Below, one piece after another: positions 38,319-47,692 of a stretch of DNA of 64,000 bases. The position numbers and the translations under genes were made by a program. Below the pieces are notes generated by a model, which was not told the origin of the DNA, ran no database searches, and was given only the letters and a program-made list of their open reading frames with translations. Location of the stretch: NCBI GenBank assembly GCA_016217965.1, contig JACRFI010000015.1, forward strand, positions 16,366 to 80,365, in the 5' to 3' direction. Each line of letters begins with the position of its first letter. Within the stretch, counting starts at the first letter, position 1. The DNA is from Candidatus Kaiserbacteria bacterium (GTDB taxonomy: Bacteria; Patescibacteriota; Minisyncoccia; Phycocordibacterales; UBA2100).

Positions 38319-39281
38319 ATGGCAAATAAGGACAAAAGCACCAATTCCGTCCCTCATGCCGACGATTTCCTCTTACATATCCAAGCCAATAATTATTCTG
38401 AGGAGACTCTGTACAACTACGAGCGAGATCTTGAAGTATTCTCGAATTTTCTCAAGAACGAGTTGGGCTCCTTCCCTTTCGAGAAGGTTGATAAGCGTAC
38501 TGTTGAACACTTTAAGGCGTATCTGAATTCCAGCGATCGGCAGACGGCTAAGCAGCAGGTGGCTGAACATAAGCTATCGAGTGGCACGATAAACAGGAAT
38601 CTAACGTCATTGCGGCGATATCTTGCGTATTTAATCGATATGGATCTTCCGTGCCCACTCGAGCCGAGCGCCATCAAATTACTTAGACGCGAGAAAAAAC
38701 ATCCCCAAGTATCCGAATTGAACGAGCTCATTCGGCTTATCGAGTCTCCCATGAAATTCGAGAAAGATAAGTCTGTTGCGCTTCGCAATCGTGCGGCGCT
38801 CGAGACCTTATTTGCGAGCGGTATGCGTATTTCGGAGCTGATCAACCTCAAAAGGAATCAATTGGATAACACCGGTCGGATCTTTATTCAGGGGAAAGGA
38901 AAGAAACAGCGATTCATCTACCTGACTGAGCGAGCGAAGAAACACATCGCTGAATACTTAACGGAACGAACGGATGACTTCCCCTACCTCTTCATCGCGA
39001 AGAGCGGCTCCAATGCTGCTGACAAGACTAAGCATATTTCTGCGAATTATTTGCAGATGAAAATAAAGAAATATCGCGAGCTTCTTGGTATCAACGTTCC
39101 TACGAGTGCGCACTCTTTGAGACACGGCTTCGCCACGTATCTCGCCGAAGAAGGCGCTAACCCGGCAGCGATACAAGTACTTCTTGGCCACGAGTCATTG
39201 GATACGACCACGCGATATGTGCATGCCTCGGACAGATATGCAGAAGACTCGCACCGTAAATTTCATCCTTTAAAAGAATAA
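38319..39281 (+). CDS. tyrosine site-specific recombinase (XerC/XerD family)
   Basis: N-terminal core-binding domain; catalytic box I (ALRNRAALETLFASGMRISEL) and box II (HSLRHGFATYLAEEGANPAAIQVLLGHESLDTTTRYVH). Confidence 0.8.
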   Translation: MANKDKSTNSVPHADDFLLHIQANNYSEETLYNYERDLEVFSNFLKNELGSFPFEKVDKRTVEHFKAYLNSSDRQTAKQQVAEHKLSSGTINRNLTSLRRYLAYLIDMDLPCPLEPSAIKLLRREKKHPQVSELNELIRLIESPMKFEKDKSVALRNRAALETLFASGMRISELINLKRNQLDNTGRIFIQGKGKKQRFIYLTERAKKHIAEYLTERTDDFPYLFIAKSGSNAADKTKHISANYLQMKIKKYRELLGINVPTSAHSLRHGFATYLAEEGANPAAIQVLLGHESLDTTTRYVHASDRYAEDSHRKFHPLKE

Positions 39282-39285
39282 TGTT

Positions 39286-39918
39286 ATGCGAAAATCATGG
39301 ACAGTCGGAGAGATAAAGAGGGGCTTTGAGCGTTTTTTAAATACACATGGCCGACTCCCGAAGGCACTGGAGATCGATGAAATAGCGTACCTACCCACTT
39401 CCCGCTTTATCCAATACAGATTCGGTGGCCTGGAGAAATTACGTCACGCATTAGGTTATGGTGATACACATTTTGGCAAAGGCAGATTTAGGAGCGTAAT
39501 AGCGTCACGGGTAAACATCAGAGGTCGTGCGGAAGAATTGACGTTGCAGAACATTTTGCATGAACGTTTTGGTGAAATGTTCGTGCATTCTGAAAAGATA
39601 TTCGATAAGTCCAAAAACCGTGTTGATTTCTTCGTATATTCGCCAGACGGAGACTTCGGGGTCGATGTATTCTACACGGAATCTATGCATTTCCTTCAGT
39701 CCATCATCAATATCAAGCGCAAGAAATACCAGAATTTCACTGCAGATCTATTCTTAGCGGTCGCTAACAAAAGCTTCTCTCAGTCCGTGCTCGACAAGTA
39801 CGCTGCAAGTAAGGTCAAACCACTTCCGCATCGCGCCAAATTAGTAACTCTCGGTACATTCCTAGCGTATATCCAGCGCAAATTGGCCTACGATATACCT
39901 GGTGTAAGACAGGGTTAA
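39286..39918 (+). CDS. hypothetical protein
   Basis: 210-aa ORF immediately after recombinase; no motif. Confidence 0.4.
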   Translation: MRKSWTVGEIKRGFERFLNTHGRLPKALEIDEIAYLPTSRFIQYRFGGLEKLRHALGYGDTHFGKGRFRSVIASRVNIRGRAEELTLQNILHERFGEMFVHSEKIFDKSKNRVDFFVYSPDGDFGVDVFYTESMHFLQSIINIKRKKYQNFTADLFLAVANKSFSQSVLDKYAASKVKPLPHRAKLVTLGTFLAYIQRKLAYDIPGVRQG

Positions 39919-40664
39919 CTTTTTCCCAATTTGTCTAGTGCTCTCAACACTTCTAGAGGCACAGCGAACACGATGGTGTTCGATTGATCCGACGAAATAT
40001 CGTTGATGGACTGCAGCGTACGCAGGTGCAATGCTCCTGGGGCTGCAGCGAGCGTATGCGCCGCCTTAGCCATGTTTTCGGCCGATATCACTTCCCCTTC
40101 AGCGCGAATGATAACTGCGCGTTTTTCTCGTTCAGCCTCTGCTTGTTTTGCGATTGTGCGTTCCATATTCTCTGGAAGCGCGATGTCTTTCAATTCGACA
40201 GTAGAGACTTTAATTCCCCACGGATCGCTCGCTTCATCGACAACTTTACTTATGCGTGCAGAAATCTTGTCGCGCTCCGCGAGAAGGTCATCAAGCTCTA
40301 CTTCACCCACTGCATTTCGCATCGTTGTTTGTGCGAGCTGGCTCATGGCGTACACATAGTTCTCTACTTCGAGGACTGCTTTGGCGGCGTCAGATACTTT
40401 GTAGTAAATAACTGCATTCACTCCAACCGAAATGTTGTCTTTTGTGATGGCTTTTTGTTCTGGCACATCCACCGCCTTCACCCGCATGTCTACCTTTTTC
40501 ATTTGTTGGAATATCGGTATGACGATCCTCCATCCCGGCGCTTTGACGCCTACGAACCTTCCCATCGTGAACATGACTCCCCCTTCGTATTGATTAACCT
40601 GTCGAAGAATCAGGACAAGGATGACTATGACAACGGCTGCGCCAGCGAGTATTTCAAAAAACAT
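39915..40664 (-). CDS. SPFH/band-7 family protein (stomatin/prohibitin-like)
   Basis: N-terminal TM, SPFH core, C-terminal AKQAEAEREKRAVIIRAEGE coiled segment. Confidence 0.75.
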   Translation of the reverse strand: MFFEILAGAAVVIVILVLILRQVNQYEGGVMFTMGRFVGVKAPGWRIVIPIFQQMKKVDMRVKAVDVPEQKAITKDNISVGVNAVIYYKVSDAAKAVLEVENYVYAMSQLAQTTMRNAVGEVELDDLLAERDKISARISKVVDEASDPWGIKVSTVELKDIALPENMERTIAKQAEAEREKRAVIIRAEGEVISAENMAKAAHTLAAAPGALHLRTLQSINDISSDQSNTIVFAVPLEVLRALDKLGKS

Positions 40665-40696
40665 ACTTACAGTATGCCATAAGGCATTATTCTGCG

Positions 40697-41233
40697 CTAT
40701 TCTAGGCGATTTTTCGGAAAAGCGAATATCCGAAATGCCTCAGTGTATTGCGCTAAAAACATTTCCCATGCCGTTTCAATACTCGGAAAGTCTCGAGGAA
40801 CATGTTTTTTTTCGAAAAGTGTATCTTTTTTGGATATAAACCAGGTTAATATTTGATCTTTAATAATATCTTCAATTTTCTGAGAAGGCACATTAGGAAT
40901 CTTTTGCTTTGTCGATTTTGCTACCAACTCAGCAAGCCGTCGCACTTCTTTTAGATCTTTGAGTGATTCAGTTTGGGACAAAGGTGGTTTCATTGTGTAT
41001 TGAAAGCACATCAAAGCCATTTCGGTCGCCTGCGTGACTCGATCTTCAAGGGGTAGTGCCAATATGCGTTCATCCTCAATGCGTTGAGCCACCATTTGCT
41101 TGGCAATTTCAGCGAGAAGTGCATCTGCCTGCCTTTTTTTTGATCGTGCTGCTGCCTTCAATATCATTTGTTTTATATCATCGAGAGAAAATTTATCCGT
41201 ACGCCCAAACGCTCCATCTTCATCCATCGACAT
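40697..41233 (-). CDS. hypothetical protein
   Basis: ORF runs to 41296; internal start chosen to avoid overlap with the upstream gene. Confidence 0.35.
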   Translation of the reverse strand: MSMDEDGAFGRTDKFSLDDIKQMILKAAARSKKRQADALLAEIAKQMVAQRIEDERILALPLEDRVTQATEMALMCFQYTMKPPLSQTESLKDLKEVRRLAELVAKSTKQKIPNVPSQKIEDIIKDQILTWFISKKDTLFEKKHVPRDFPSIETAWEMFLAQYTEAFRIFAFPKNRLE

Positions 41234-41240
41234 AACAAAT

Positions 41241-41840
41241 TTATGCATTCCAAGGAATATGGAATTGATCAAATTCGGGAAGCAATTTGCGCCCATACAG
41301 CAGCCTGGAAATCACCTCTGCATGCGACAGTGCACCAGTAAGTGCATTGTGGGGCTCAGGCTCGTTCGGGATGCCACAGTAGTTGAGCACGGCATCAAGG
41401 TCGAGCGCTGAACGGCGATGCTTCGGGTCAACGGGTGGCTGCAATCCCCGATGTATCATATGCATCCAGCACATGGTATGCGTGTCGAGAGTGCGATATG
41501 CAAAAGGCCAATCCGTATGCCCCGCTCTTTGCGAGGCGTATTTCAAAAAATCACGATCGAAAGAAACATTCTGACCCGCGAGTGTTCTGTCTTTTAGATC
41601 TTCACTCCAGGCCAAAAATTTGTGGACAAGATCGGCTTCGGACAACTTGTTTGCATCGGTGATCTGTTCTCTCGTGAAGCCGTTGACTGCTAGAGCCTCA
41701 TCCATGATATGCGCGCCATCCCACACGCGGCATTCTTCATAAAAACGATTTGTAGGATTCGAAAGGTCCAGTGCCCCAAGTGAGACGATCGAATGTTTAT
41801 GTGCTTCTGTACCTGAAGCTTCGACATCAACGACGAGCAT
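41241..41840 (-). CDS. DEDDh-type 3'-5' exonuclease, second copy
   Basis: MLVVDVEASG (Exo I), ...FDRDFL (Exo II-like), HNALTGAL (Exo III-like); ORF extends to 41924. Confidence 0.55.
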   Translation of the reverse strand: MLVVDVEASGTEAHKHSIVSLGALDLSNPTNRFYEECRVWDGAHIMDEALAVNGFTREQITDANKLSEADLVHKFLAWSEDLKDRTLAGQNVSFDRDFLKYASQRAGHTDWPFAYRTLDTHTMCWMHMIHRGLQPPVDPKHRRSALDLDAVLNYCGIPNEPEPHNALTGALSHAEVISRLLYGRKLLPEFDQFHIPWNA

Positions 41841-41928
41841 AGAGAACAGTCTACAGTCACGAGTCACAAGTGTACAGAAAAAACTCAGGAAACTATATCG
41901 CTTATGACTTTTGACTTGCGACAATTAA

Positions 41929-42291
41929 CTACTTCAGTCCTTTGCAGTTCCCCGCTGGCTTATAACCCGCCGCGCGCGCCGCAGCTTCGTCCTTGAACCA
42001 GATCTTATTTGCCTCTTTCATTGTTGCAGCTCCGGGGCACCAGGGATAGTGATACGCGTTTCCCGATCGTGATGCCACGACTTGACCTCCGATCCTTATC
42101 ATCTGCGTGGCTTCGGTAACCATTGCGGCTTGCGTCACAGTAACTATCGGCTGCACTGCTTCTTCTGCGGAAAGCCTGCCGAGCCCAAACGACGCCAACC
42201 CGACGAACACAACGATAATTGGAATACCCCACTCCCCTACCCCCCTGTCAAGCACCCCCTTGATTCTGCCAATGCTCTCTTGTATACTCAT
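41929..42291 (-). CDS. hypothetical membrane-anchored protein with C-terminal H/C-containing domain
   Basis: TM near N-terminus; C-terminal YHYPWCPG...GNC segment. Confidence 0.4.
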   Translation of the reverse strand: MSIQESIGRIKGVLDRGVGEWGIPIIVVFVGLASFGLGRLSAEEAVQPIVTVTQAAMVTEATQMIRIGGQVVASRSGNAYHYPWCPGAATMKEANKIWFKDEAAARAAGYKPAGNCKGLK

Positions 42292-42319
42292 GCAGCTTCA
42301 ATAATAGCTCGGATTTTGG

Positions 42320-42365
42320 CTTTATCTAGAAGCTAAAACTAGTAGCTAGAAGCTATTCAAAAAAT
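42320..42365. promoter_or_regulatory. tandem CTAGAAGCTA motifs upstream of rpmA
   Basis: CTAGAAGCTA at 42326 and AGTAGCTAGAAGCTA at 42341, ending 10 nt before the rpmA ATG. Confidence 0.5.
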
Positions 42366-42638
42366 ATGGCATCAACAAAAGCCGGTGGAACAGCGAAAAA
42401 CCTGAATGACTCAAATCCGAAGTATCTCGGCGTTAAACGATCGGACGGCTCAAAAGTTAATATCGGTGAAATAATCGTCCGCCAGCGCGGCACGAAGATT
42501 CTCCCGGGCGCGAATATTGGGCTTGGCAAAGACCACACGCTCTTCGCGCGCATCCAAGGTGTAGTCAAATTTGCATCAACTCGAAAAAGGAATTTTGACG
42601 GAAAGACGTTCGTCCGCCGCATCGTTTCGGTCGTTTAG
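42366..42638 (+). CDS. rpmA: 50S ribosomal protein L27
   Basis: [28 protein letters not shown]... canonical L27. Confidence 0.85.
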   Translation: MASTKAGGTAKNLNDSNPKYLGVKRSDGSKVNIGEIIVRQRGTKILPGANIGLGKDHTLFARIQGVVKFASTRKRNFDGKTFVRRIVSVV

Positions 42639-43081
42639 GACTCCCTTTCTACGAATACTGTGAACGGCACTAGCTTGCCACCAAGCTCTAGTTCTATATC
42701 AGCACGGCCTAGTGATTTAATAGGTTTTATATCTCGTAGTGCGTCTTCGGCGATATGCACGCCCAGCTCTTTGCCGATGCGCTCCAGTATCGCCTTATGC
42801 GAGAGTTGCTGGTACAACTGGCCCTTCTGATTTGCGTCGGTACGTACTGTAACCGAGGCGTTAAGGAGTCGCGCCGCCTGCTCTTTCCACGCGGATAATT
42901 GCGAGACTTTTATTGCCTCAGCCTCGGCACGTTTTTTCTCTAGTTCTTCGATCTTTTGAGAAGTTGCCATTTCCGCTTGTTTATGCGGAATGAGAAAATT
43001 CATTGCATATCCGTCCGAGACGCTTTTTACACTGCCTTTTTGCCCTACCCCTGGAATATCCTTCAACAATATGACCTGCAT
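42635..43081 (-). CDS. rplI: 50S ribosomal protein L9
   Basis: [32 protein letters not shown] canonical L9 N-domain. Confidence 0.85.
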   Translation of the reverse strand: MQVILLKDIPGVGQKGSVKSVSDGYAMNFLIPHKQAEMATSQKIEELEKKRAEAEAIKVSQLSAWKEQAARLLNASVTVRTDANQKGQLYQQLSHKAILERIGKELGVHIAEDALRDIKPIKSLGRADIELELGGKLVPFTVFVERES

Positions 43082-43082
43082 G

Positions 43083-44348
43083 TCATCTACTGTTTACCAT
43101 CTCTATCGCTTTGTCTAGCTGTGGGTCCTTCCCCGCCGTTATGTCATCCTCTGTCCGATCTATCTCCACATCGGGCACAATGCCGGAGTGGGGGATGTGC
43201 TCTCCATTTGGCCCTAGCCACCTTGCAACCGTGAGTTTTAGTCCGGTATCTGGTGTTATTTCTATCAACTCTTGCACCGAACCTTTGCCGAAGGTGGTTT
43301 TTCCTACCAGTGTCGCTTCCCCATGACTTTTAAGGGCCAAAGCAAGAATTTCTGATGCCGATGCCGAGCCTTTGTCGACAAGAATCACGAGGCGTAAATT
43401 GTCATTAAAAATGTCGTAGCCTCGGCTTCGGTGCGTGACGTTCTCATTATTTCCGGCATAGTCTTCTACAACAACCACTTTTCCCGTAGGAAGGAACCAG
43501 CTCGCCATATCCACCGCTGCATCCAGGTAGCCTCCAGGGTTTCCTCTGAGGTCAATAATAAGGCGCGTGAGCCCTGAATCTACAAATTCGCGGAGGGCAT
43601 CTCGGAAAAGCGCCGGCGAATTTGCCGTAAAGCTGGCAAGGGTGACGATAAAGACACCATCTTTTTTCTCGGTTGTAACGATAGGAACATTGATCACGTC
43701 TCGAACCACCGATATATCTTTCGGTTCGGTCCAGCCTTCCCTCACTATTGAGAATGTAACAGTGCTCCCCTTCGGGCCTCGTATTTTCTGTACCGCGGTT
43801 GAAATATCCATTCCCCTCGTATCTTCACCCGCTATCGAGAGCACTTTGTCACCAGCGCGAAGGCCGGCACGCTCGGCGGGAGTTCCTTTTAGTGGCGAAA
43901 TTATCGTCAAGATCTCATCGCGGACCGCTATTTCCATGCCAACGCCTTCAAACGCACCAGTCATGTCATCTTCAAATTGCTTCTGCTCAGCCGGAGGTAG
44001 AAAATATGTGTATGGGTCATCAACTGAGGCAGCAAGGCCTTCTATCATTCCCCAGACCCGCTTCTGCGTAGGGTCTGTTGTTGATGCAGCGGCAAGGCTA
44101 GTTGTGGAAACAGCAGCTGGGACGAACTTCTCATCCATCACCTGCCAAGCCTTCCAGACCGGAGAAAAGTCGACGCCTTCTGGCGCATCATTCCCGAACA
44201 ACGTGCCCGTGGCATACGTCTTGCTGCCAGCCAATAAACCTCCGCCAAATCCAAGCGCCCCGACGAGCACGGCAATTGCGATAACTGCACTTTTCTTTAC
44301 GCCATGTATTTCGCCTTGTTCAAACATGCTTTTCATTCGCCCATCCAT
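43083..44348 (-). CDS. ctpA: carboxyl-terminal processing protease (S41)
   Basis: PDZ domain plus S41 catalytic region (LVILVDKGSASASEILALALK...GKTTFGKGSVQ); internal start chosen to avoid divergent overlap. Confidence 0.8.
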   Translation of the reverse strand: MDGRMKSMFEQGEIHGVKKSAVIAIAVLVGALGFGGGLLAGSKTYATGTLFGNDAPEGVDFSPVWKAWQVMDEKFVPAAVSTTSLAAASTTDPTQKRVWGMIEGLAASVDDPYTYFLPPAEQKQFEDDMTGAFEGVGMEIAVRDEILTIISPLKGTPAERAGLRAGDKVLSIAGEDTRGMDISTAVQKIRGPKGSTVTFSIVREGWTEPKDISVVRDVINVPIVTTEKKDGVFIVTLASFTANSPALFRDALREFVDSGLTRLIIDLRGNPGGYLDAAVDMASWFLPTGKVVVVEDYAGNNENVTHRSRGYDIFNDNLRLVILVDKGSASASEILALALKSHGEATLVGKTTFGKGSVQELIEITPDTGLKLTVARWLGPNGEHIPHSGIVPDVEIDRTEDDITAGKDPQLDKAIEMVNSR

Positions 44349-44391
44349 CTGGGCGATTATCACATACTTTCCCCAATCCATCCATGAATAG

Positions 44392-46110
44392 ATGGTAGAA
44401 TTGCGAGAATCATTCATGGGCCTTTTTGCAGAATTAAGCACGATGATTGTGGTCGCTGCCCTGATGGCAACCATCATGCGGCTCCTCAAGCAGCCCTTAA
44501 TCATCGGGCACATTCTTACCGGTCTCATCGTGGGGCCGTTCGTTCTTGATGTTGTCCGCTCTACTGAAACACTTGCGCTTCTCGGGGAAGTTGGCGTAGC
44601 GATACTCCTCTTTACGGTTGGGCTTCATCTTTCGCCCGCTATTGTCCGCCAATTCGGCAGAGTCTCCATCATTACCGCAATTGGGCAGGTGTTTGTCGCA
44701 TCTGTCGCGGGCTATGCGATTGGCATTTGGTTCGGCTTTTCACCGCTTGCGGCGTTTTATATTTCCGTATCGCTCGCGTTCTCAAGCACCATCATAGTCC
44801 TTAAATTTATCTCCGACAAAGGAGACTTGGAGGTCCTGTATGCGAAGATCGCGATAGGATTTCTCCTGGTCCAAGACCTCATTGCGGTACTTCTTCTCAT
44901 CGCTATTCCTATCTTCTCTGCGACCGATACATCGATCTCGCGCGTACTGTACCTTCTTGCCGCAGCCGCGGGGCTGGTACTGTTCGTCTATCTTGCCTCG
45001 AGACTTTTGGTATCAAGGACTTCTTCATTCCTTTCGGAATCCCAGGAATTTCTCTTCCTTTTTTCTATCACGTGGGGTATTGGTGTTGCGGCACTATTTC
45101 AAAGATTCGGGTTCTCATTGGAAAGCGGAGCACTGATAGCAGGCATCGCCCTATCCACCCTTCCGTCTCGGCTTGAGATAAGCGCCCGTCTCACGCCGCT
45201 TCGCGATTTCTTTATCATCATCTTTTTTATATACCTCGGCTCCCAACTGCATCTTGCAGATATCGTCGATCTTTTGCCGCTCGCGTTCCTACTCTCTACC
45301 TTTGTTCTCATAAGCAACCCACTCATCGTGATGGCTCTCCTTGGGTACCTTGGCTACAAGAAGAAAACGGGCCTCCAGACGGGGCTCACCGTGGCTCAGA
45401 TAAGCGAATTTTCGTTGATACTCGTGGCACTTGGCGCTCAGCTTGGGCACGTAGACAACCGTGTCCTCTCGCTCGTAACGCTGGTCGGTATCATTACGAT
45501 ATTTGGCTCCACGTATCTTGTGCAATACTCCGGTGCCATTTATAGAATACTCTCTCCGTATTTGAATATATTTGAACGTGCGCACATCAGCGAACCGCGT
45601 CGGCTGAAGAACTCGGCGGAAATGATTCTTTTTGGGTGCAATCGCATTGGATATGATTTTCTGGACGCGCTGAAAAAGTTGGACCGCTCGCTCTTGGTCG
45701 TGGACTACGACCCTGATGCTGTTGCTGATATGGAGAAAAAAGGCATCGAGAGCGAGTTCGGCGATGCAGGTGATATTTCTTTTCTGGAGTCGCTCGATTT
45801 CTCGAAGGCGCAGTTGGTCGTGTCCACTATTCCCGATCCAGAGACAAACGCGCTCATTCATCGCGTGGTCGGTGCGCAGAACCCTGAGGCAGTGGTGATG
45901 GTTGTCGCCCACAAAATACACGAAGCCCTTTCTCACTATGGCGAGGGAGTTGATTACGTGATCCTCCCCCACTTCCTCGGAGCGAAGCACGCTGCGGAAT
46001 TAGTGCTCAAATTTAGAGACAACAAAAAGAAGTACGAGGAATTGCGCGAGGAGCATATAGAACATCTTCAATTGCGTGTTTCTATCGGGCATGAGCATCC
46101 GCATGCATAG
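44392..46110 (+). CDS. monovalent cation:proton antiporter-2 (Kef-type) with C-terminal RCK/TrkA-N domain
   Basis: 12-13 TM helices then Rossmann segment ILFGCNRIGYDFLDAL...VVDYD. Confidence 0.75.
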   Translation: MVELRESFMGLFAELSTMIVVAALMATIMRLLKQPLIIGHILTGLIVGPFVLDVVRSTETLALLGEVGVAILLFTVGLHLSPAIVRQFGRVSIITAIGQVFVASVAGYAIGIWFGFSPLAAFYISVSLAFSSTIIVLKFISDKGDLEVLYAKIAIGFLLVQDLIAVLLLIAIPIFSATDTSISRVLYLLAAAAGLVLFVYLASRLLVSRTSSFLSESQEFLFLFSITWGIGVAALFQRFGFSLESGALIAGIALSTLPSRLEISARLTPLRDFFIIIFFIYLGSQLHLADIVDLLPLAFLLSTFVLISNPLIVMALLGYLGYKKKTGLQTGLTVAQISEFSLILVALGAQLGHVDNRVLSLVTLVGIITIFGSTYLVQYSGAIYRILSPYLNIFERAHISEPRRLKNSAEMILFGCNRIGYDFLDALKKLDRSLLVVDYDPDAVADMEKKGIESEFGDAGDISFLESLDFSKAQLVVSTIPDPETNALIHRVVGAQNPEAVVMVVAHKIHEALSHYGEGVDYVILPHFLGAKHAAELVLKFRDNKKKYEELREEHIEHLQLRVSIGHEHPHA

Positions 46111-46148
46111 CTTGTAGGTTGTAGCTCGTAGCTGATAGGATATGGCGC

Positions 46149-47663
46149 ATGGGCGCCTTTCTCGAATTCCTTGCAAGCATGTATGCGCTTGCTATTGATC
46201 CTCTTGGCGCGTGGGGGCAGGCTCGCACAGAGTCCGAGTACCATGCAAGGAGACTGCGTTTTTTCAATACGCTTACTGGGAAAAAAGAAGCATTTTCTTC
46301 ACTCGAAAAAAATGTAGTAAAAATGTACAACTGTGGGCCTACGGTGTACGGCTTGCAACACATCGGCAATCTTTCAATGTTCGTATTCGTGGATATTCTC
46401 CGCCGCACGCTGGAATACAACAATCTCCATGTAAAACAAGTCATAAATTTTACGGACGTTGGGCACCTATCTTCTGACGCTGATGAAGGCGAAGACAAGA
46501 TGGTAAAAGGGCTCACGCGCGATGGGTTAGCGCTCACACTGGATAACATGCGCGCCTTGGGCAAGAAATATGCTGATCTTTTTCTAGCGGACCTCTCCAC
46601 TCTGAACATTAATACGAAAGGCACTGCATTTCCGCGGGCGTCTGACTACATTCCGCAACAAATTGAGATGGTTACGGCACTTGAGCAAAAAGGATTCGCA
46701 TATAAAGGTGAGAGCGGCGTGTACTTCGACACGTCGAAATTTTCTGAATATGGCGCACTCGGCAATATAGATCTGAGGGGCATACGCGAAGGTGCGCGCG
46801 TATCCGCAAGTTCAGAAAAACGTAGTCCTACAGATTTTTTACTTTGGAAGCTGAGCGGTAAGGACGGATTGGGATGGGAAAGCCCGTGGGGCAAGGGCTA
46901 TCCTGGTTGGCACATTGAATGTTCCGCGATGAGCCGCGATATTTTGGGCGATCAGATAGATATTCATACCGGTGGCATCGAGCACATCCCCATCCATCAC
47001 AACAATGAGATAGCGCAATCGGAATCTGCGACAGGCAAGAAACCTTTCTCGCGTTTCTGGCTGCATAGAGCCCACCTGCAGATCGAAGGAGGGAAAATAG
47101 CAAAATCGACCGGCAACACGGTGTTCCTTTCCGAAATTATCGACCGCGGCTTCCCTGCCCTCGCACTCCGGTACCTCCTCCTGGGTGCACATTACCGAAC
47201 TCCAGCGAGCTTTACGTGGGAAGGCATGAAAGCCGCACAAACCTCCCTGTATCGCCTCTATAACGCGTACGACACCTTTAAACATGCAGACACCTCTGGC
47301 GGCGAGAGTGCCAGCGGATACCGTGCGCGCTTCATAGAACGCATCAATGACGATTTGGATACGCCCGGCGCGCTGGCCGCGGTCTGGGAAATGGTGAGAG
47401 ACGAGAAAATTTCGGCAGCGGAAAAGAAAGATGCGCTAGAATCATTTGACTCGGTATTAGGGCTCGGCATTGCAGAGGGCGCTAACTCACAATCAGTCGC
47501 ACTGGAAAGCATGCCCGAGCAAGTCCGCGCCCTTATAACGGCGCGTGAGGACGCAAGAAAAACAAAAGATTGGTCGAGAGCAGATGAACTTCGCGTCAAA
47601 ATCGATGCTGCCGGATTCGCGGTGAAAGACAGCGAGAAGGGGCCTATTGTTACGAAGAAGTAA
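46149..47663 (+). CDS. cysS: cysteine--tRNA ligase
   Basis: CGPTVYGLQHIGN (HIGH), zinc-binding Cys/His pattern, KIAKSTGN (KMSKS-like). Confidence 0.85.
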   Translation: MGAFLEFLASMYALAIDPLGAWGQARTESEYHARRLRFFNTLTGKKEAFSSLEKNVVKMYNCGPTVYGLQHIGNLSMFVFVDILRRTLEYNNLHVKQVINFTDVGHLSSDADEGEDKMVKGLTRDGLALTLDNMRALGKKYADLFLADLSTLNINTKGTAFPRASDYIPQQIEMVTALEQKGFAYKGESGVYFDTSKFSEYGALGNIDLRGIREGARVSASSEKRSPTDFLLWKLSGKDGLGWESPWGKGYPGWHIECSAMSRDILGDQIDIHTGGIEHIPIHHNNEIAQSESATGKKPFSRFWLHRAHLQIEGGKIAKSTGNTVFLSEIIDRGFPALALRYLLLGAHYRTPASFTWEGMKAAQTSLYRLYNAYDTFKHADTSGGESASGYRARFIERINDDLDTPGALAAVWEMVRDEKISAAEKKDALESFDSVLGLGIAEGANSQSVALESMPEQVRALITAREDARKTKDWSRADELRVKIDAAGFAVKDSEKGPIVTKK

Positions 47664-47692
47664 GCCCGGGCACTTTCCTATAGTGCTTGGGC
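47664..47692. terminator. shared stem-loop between convergent cysS and leuS
   Basis: GCCCGGGCACT / AGTGCTTGGGC 11-bp stem (two G-U pairs) with 7-nt loop; no clear U-tract; 3' arm overlaps the leuS C-terminal codons. Confidence 0.35.
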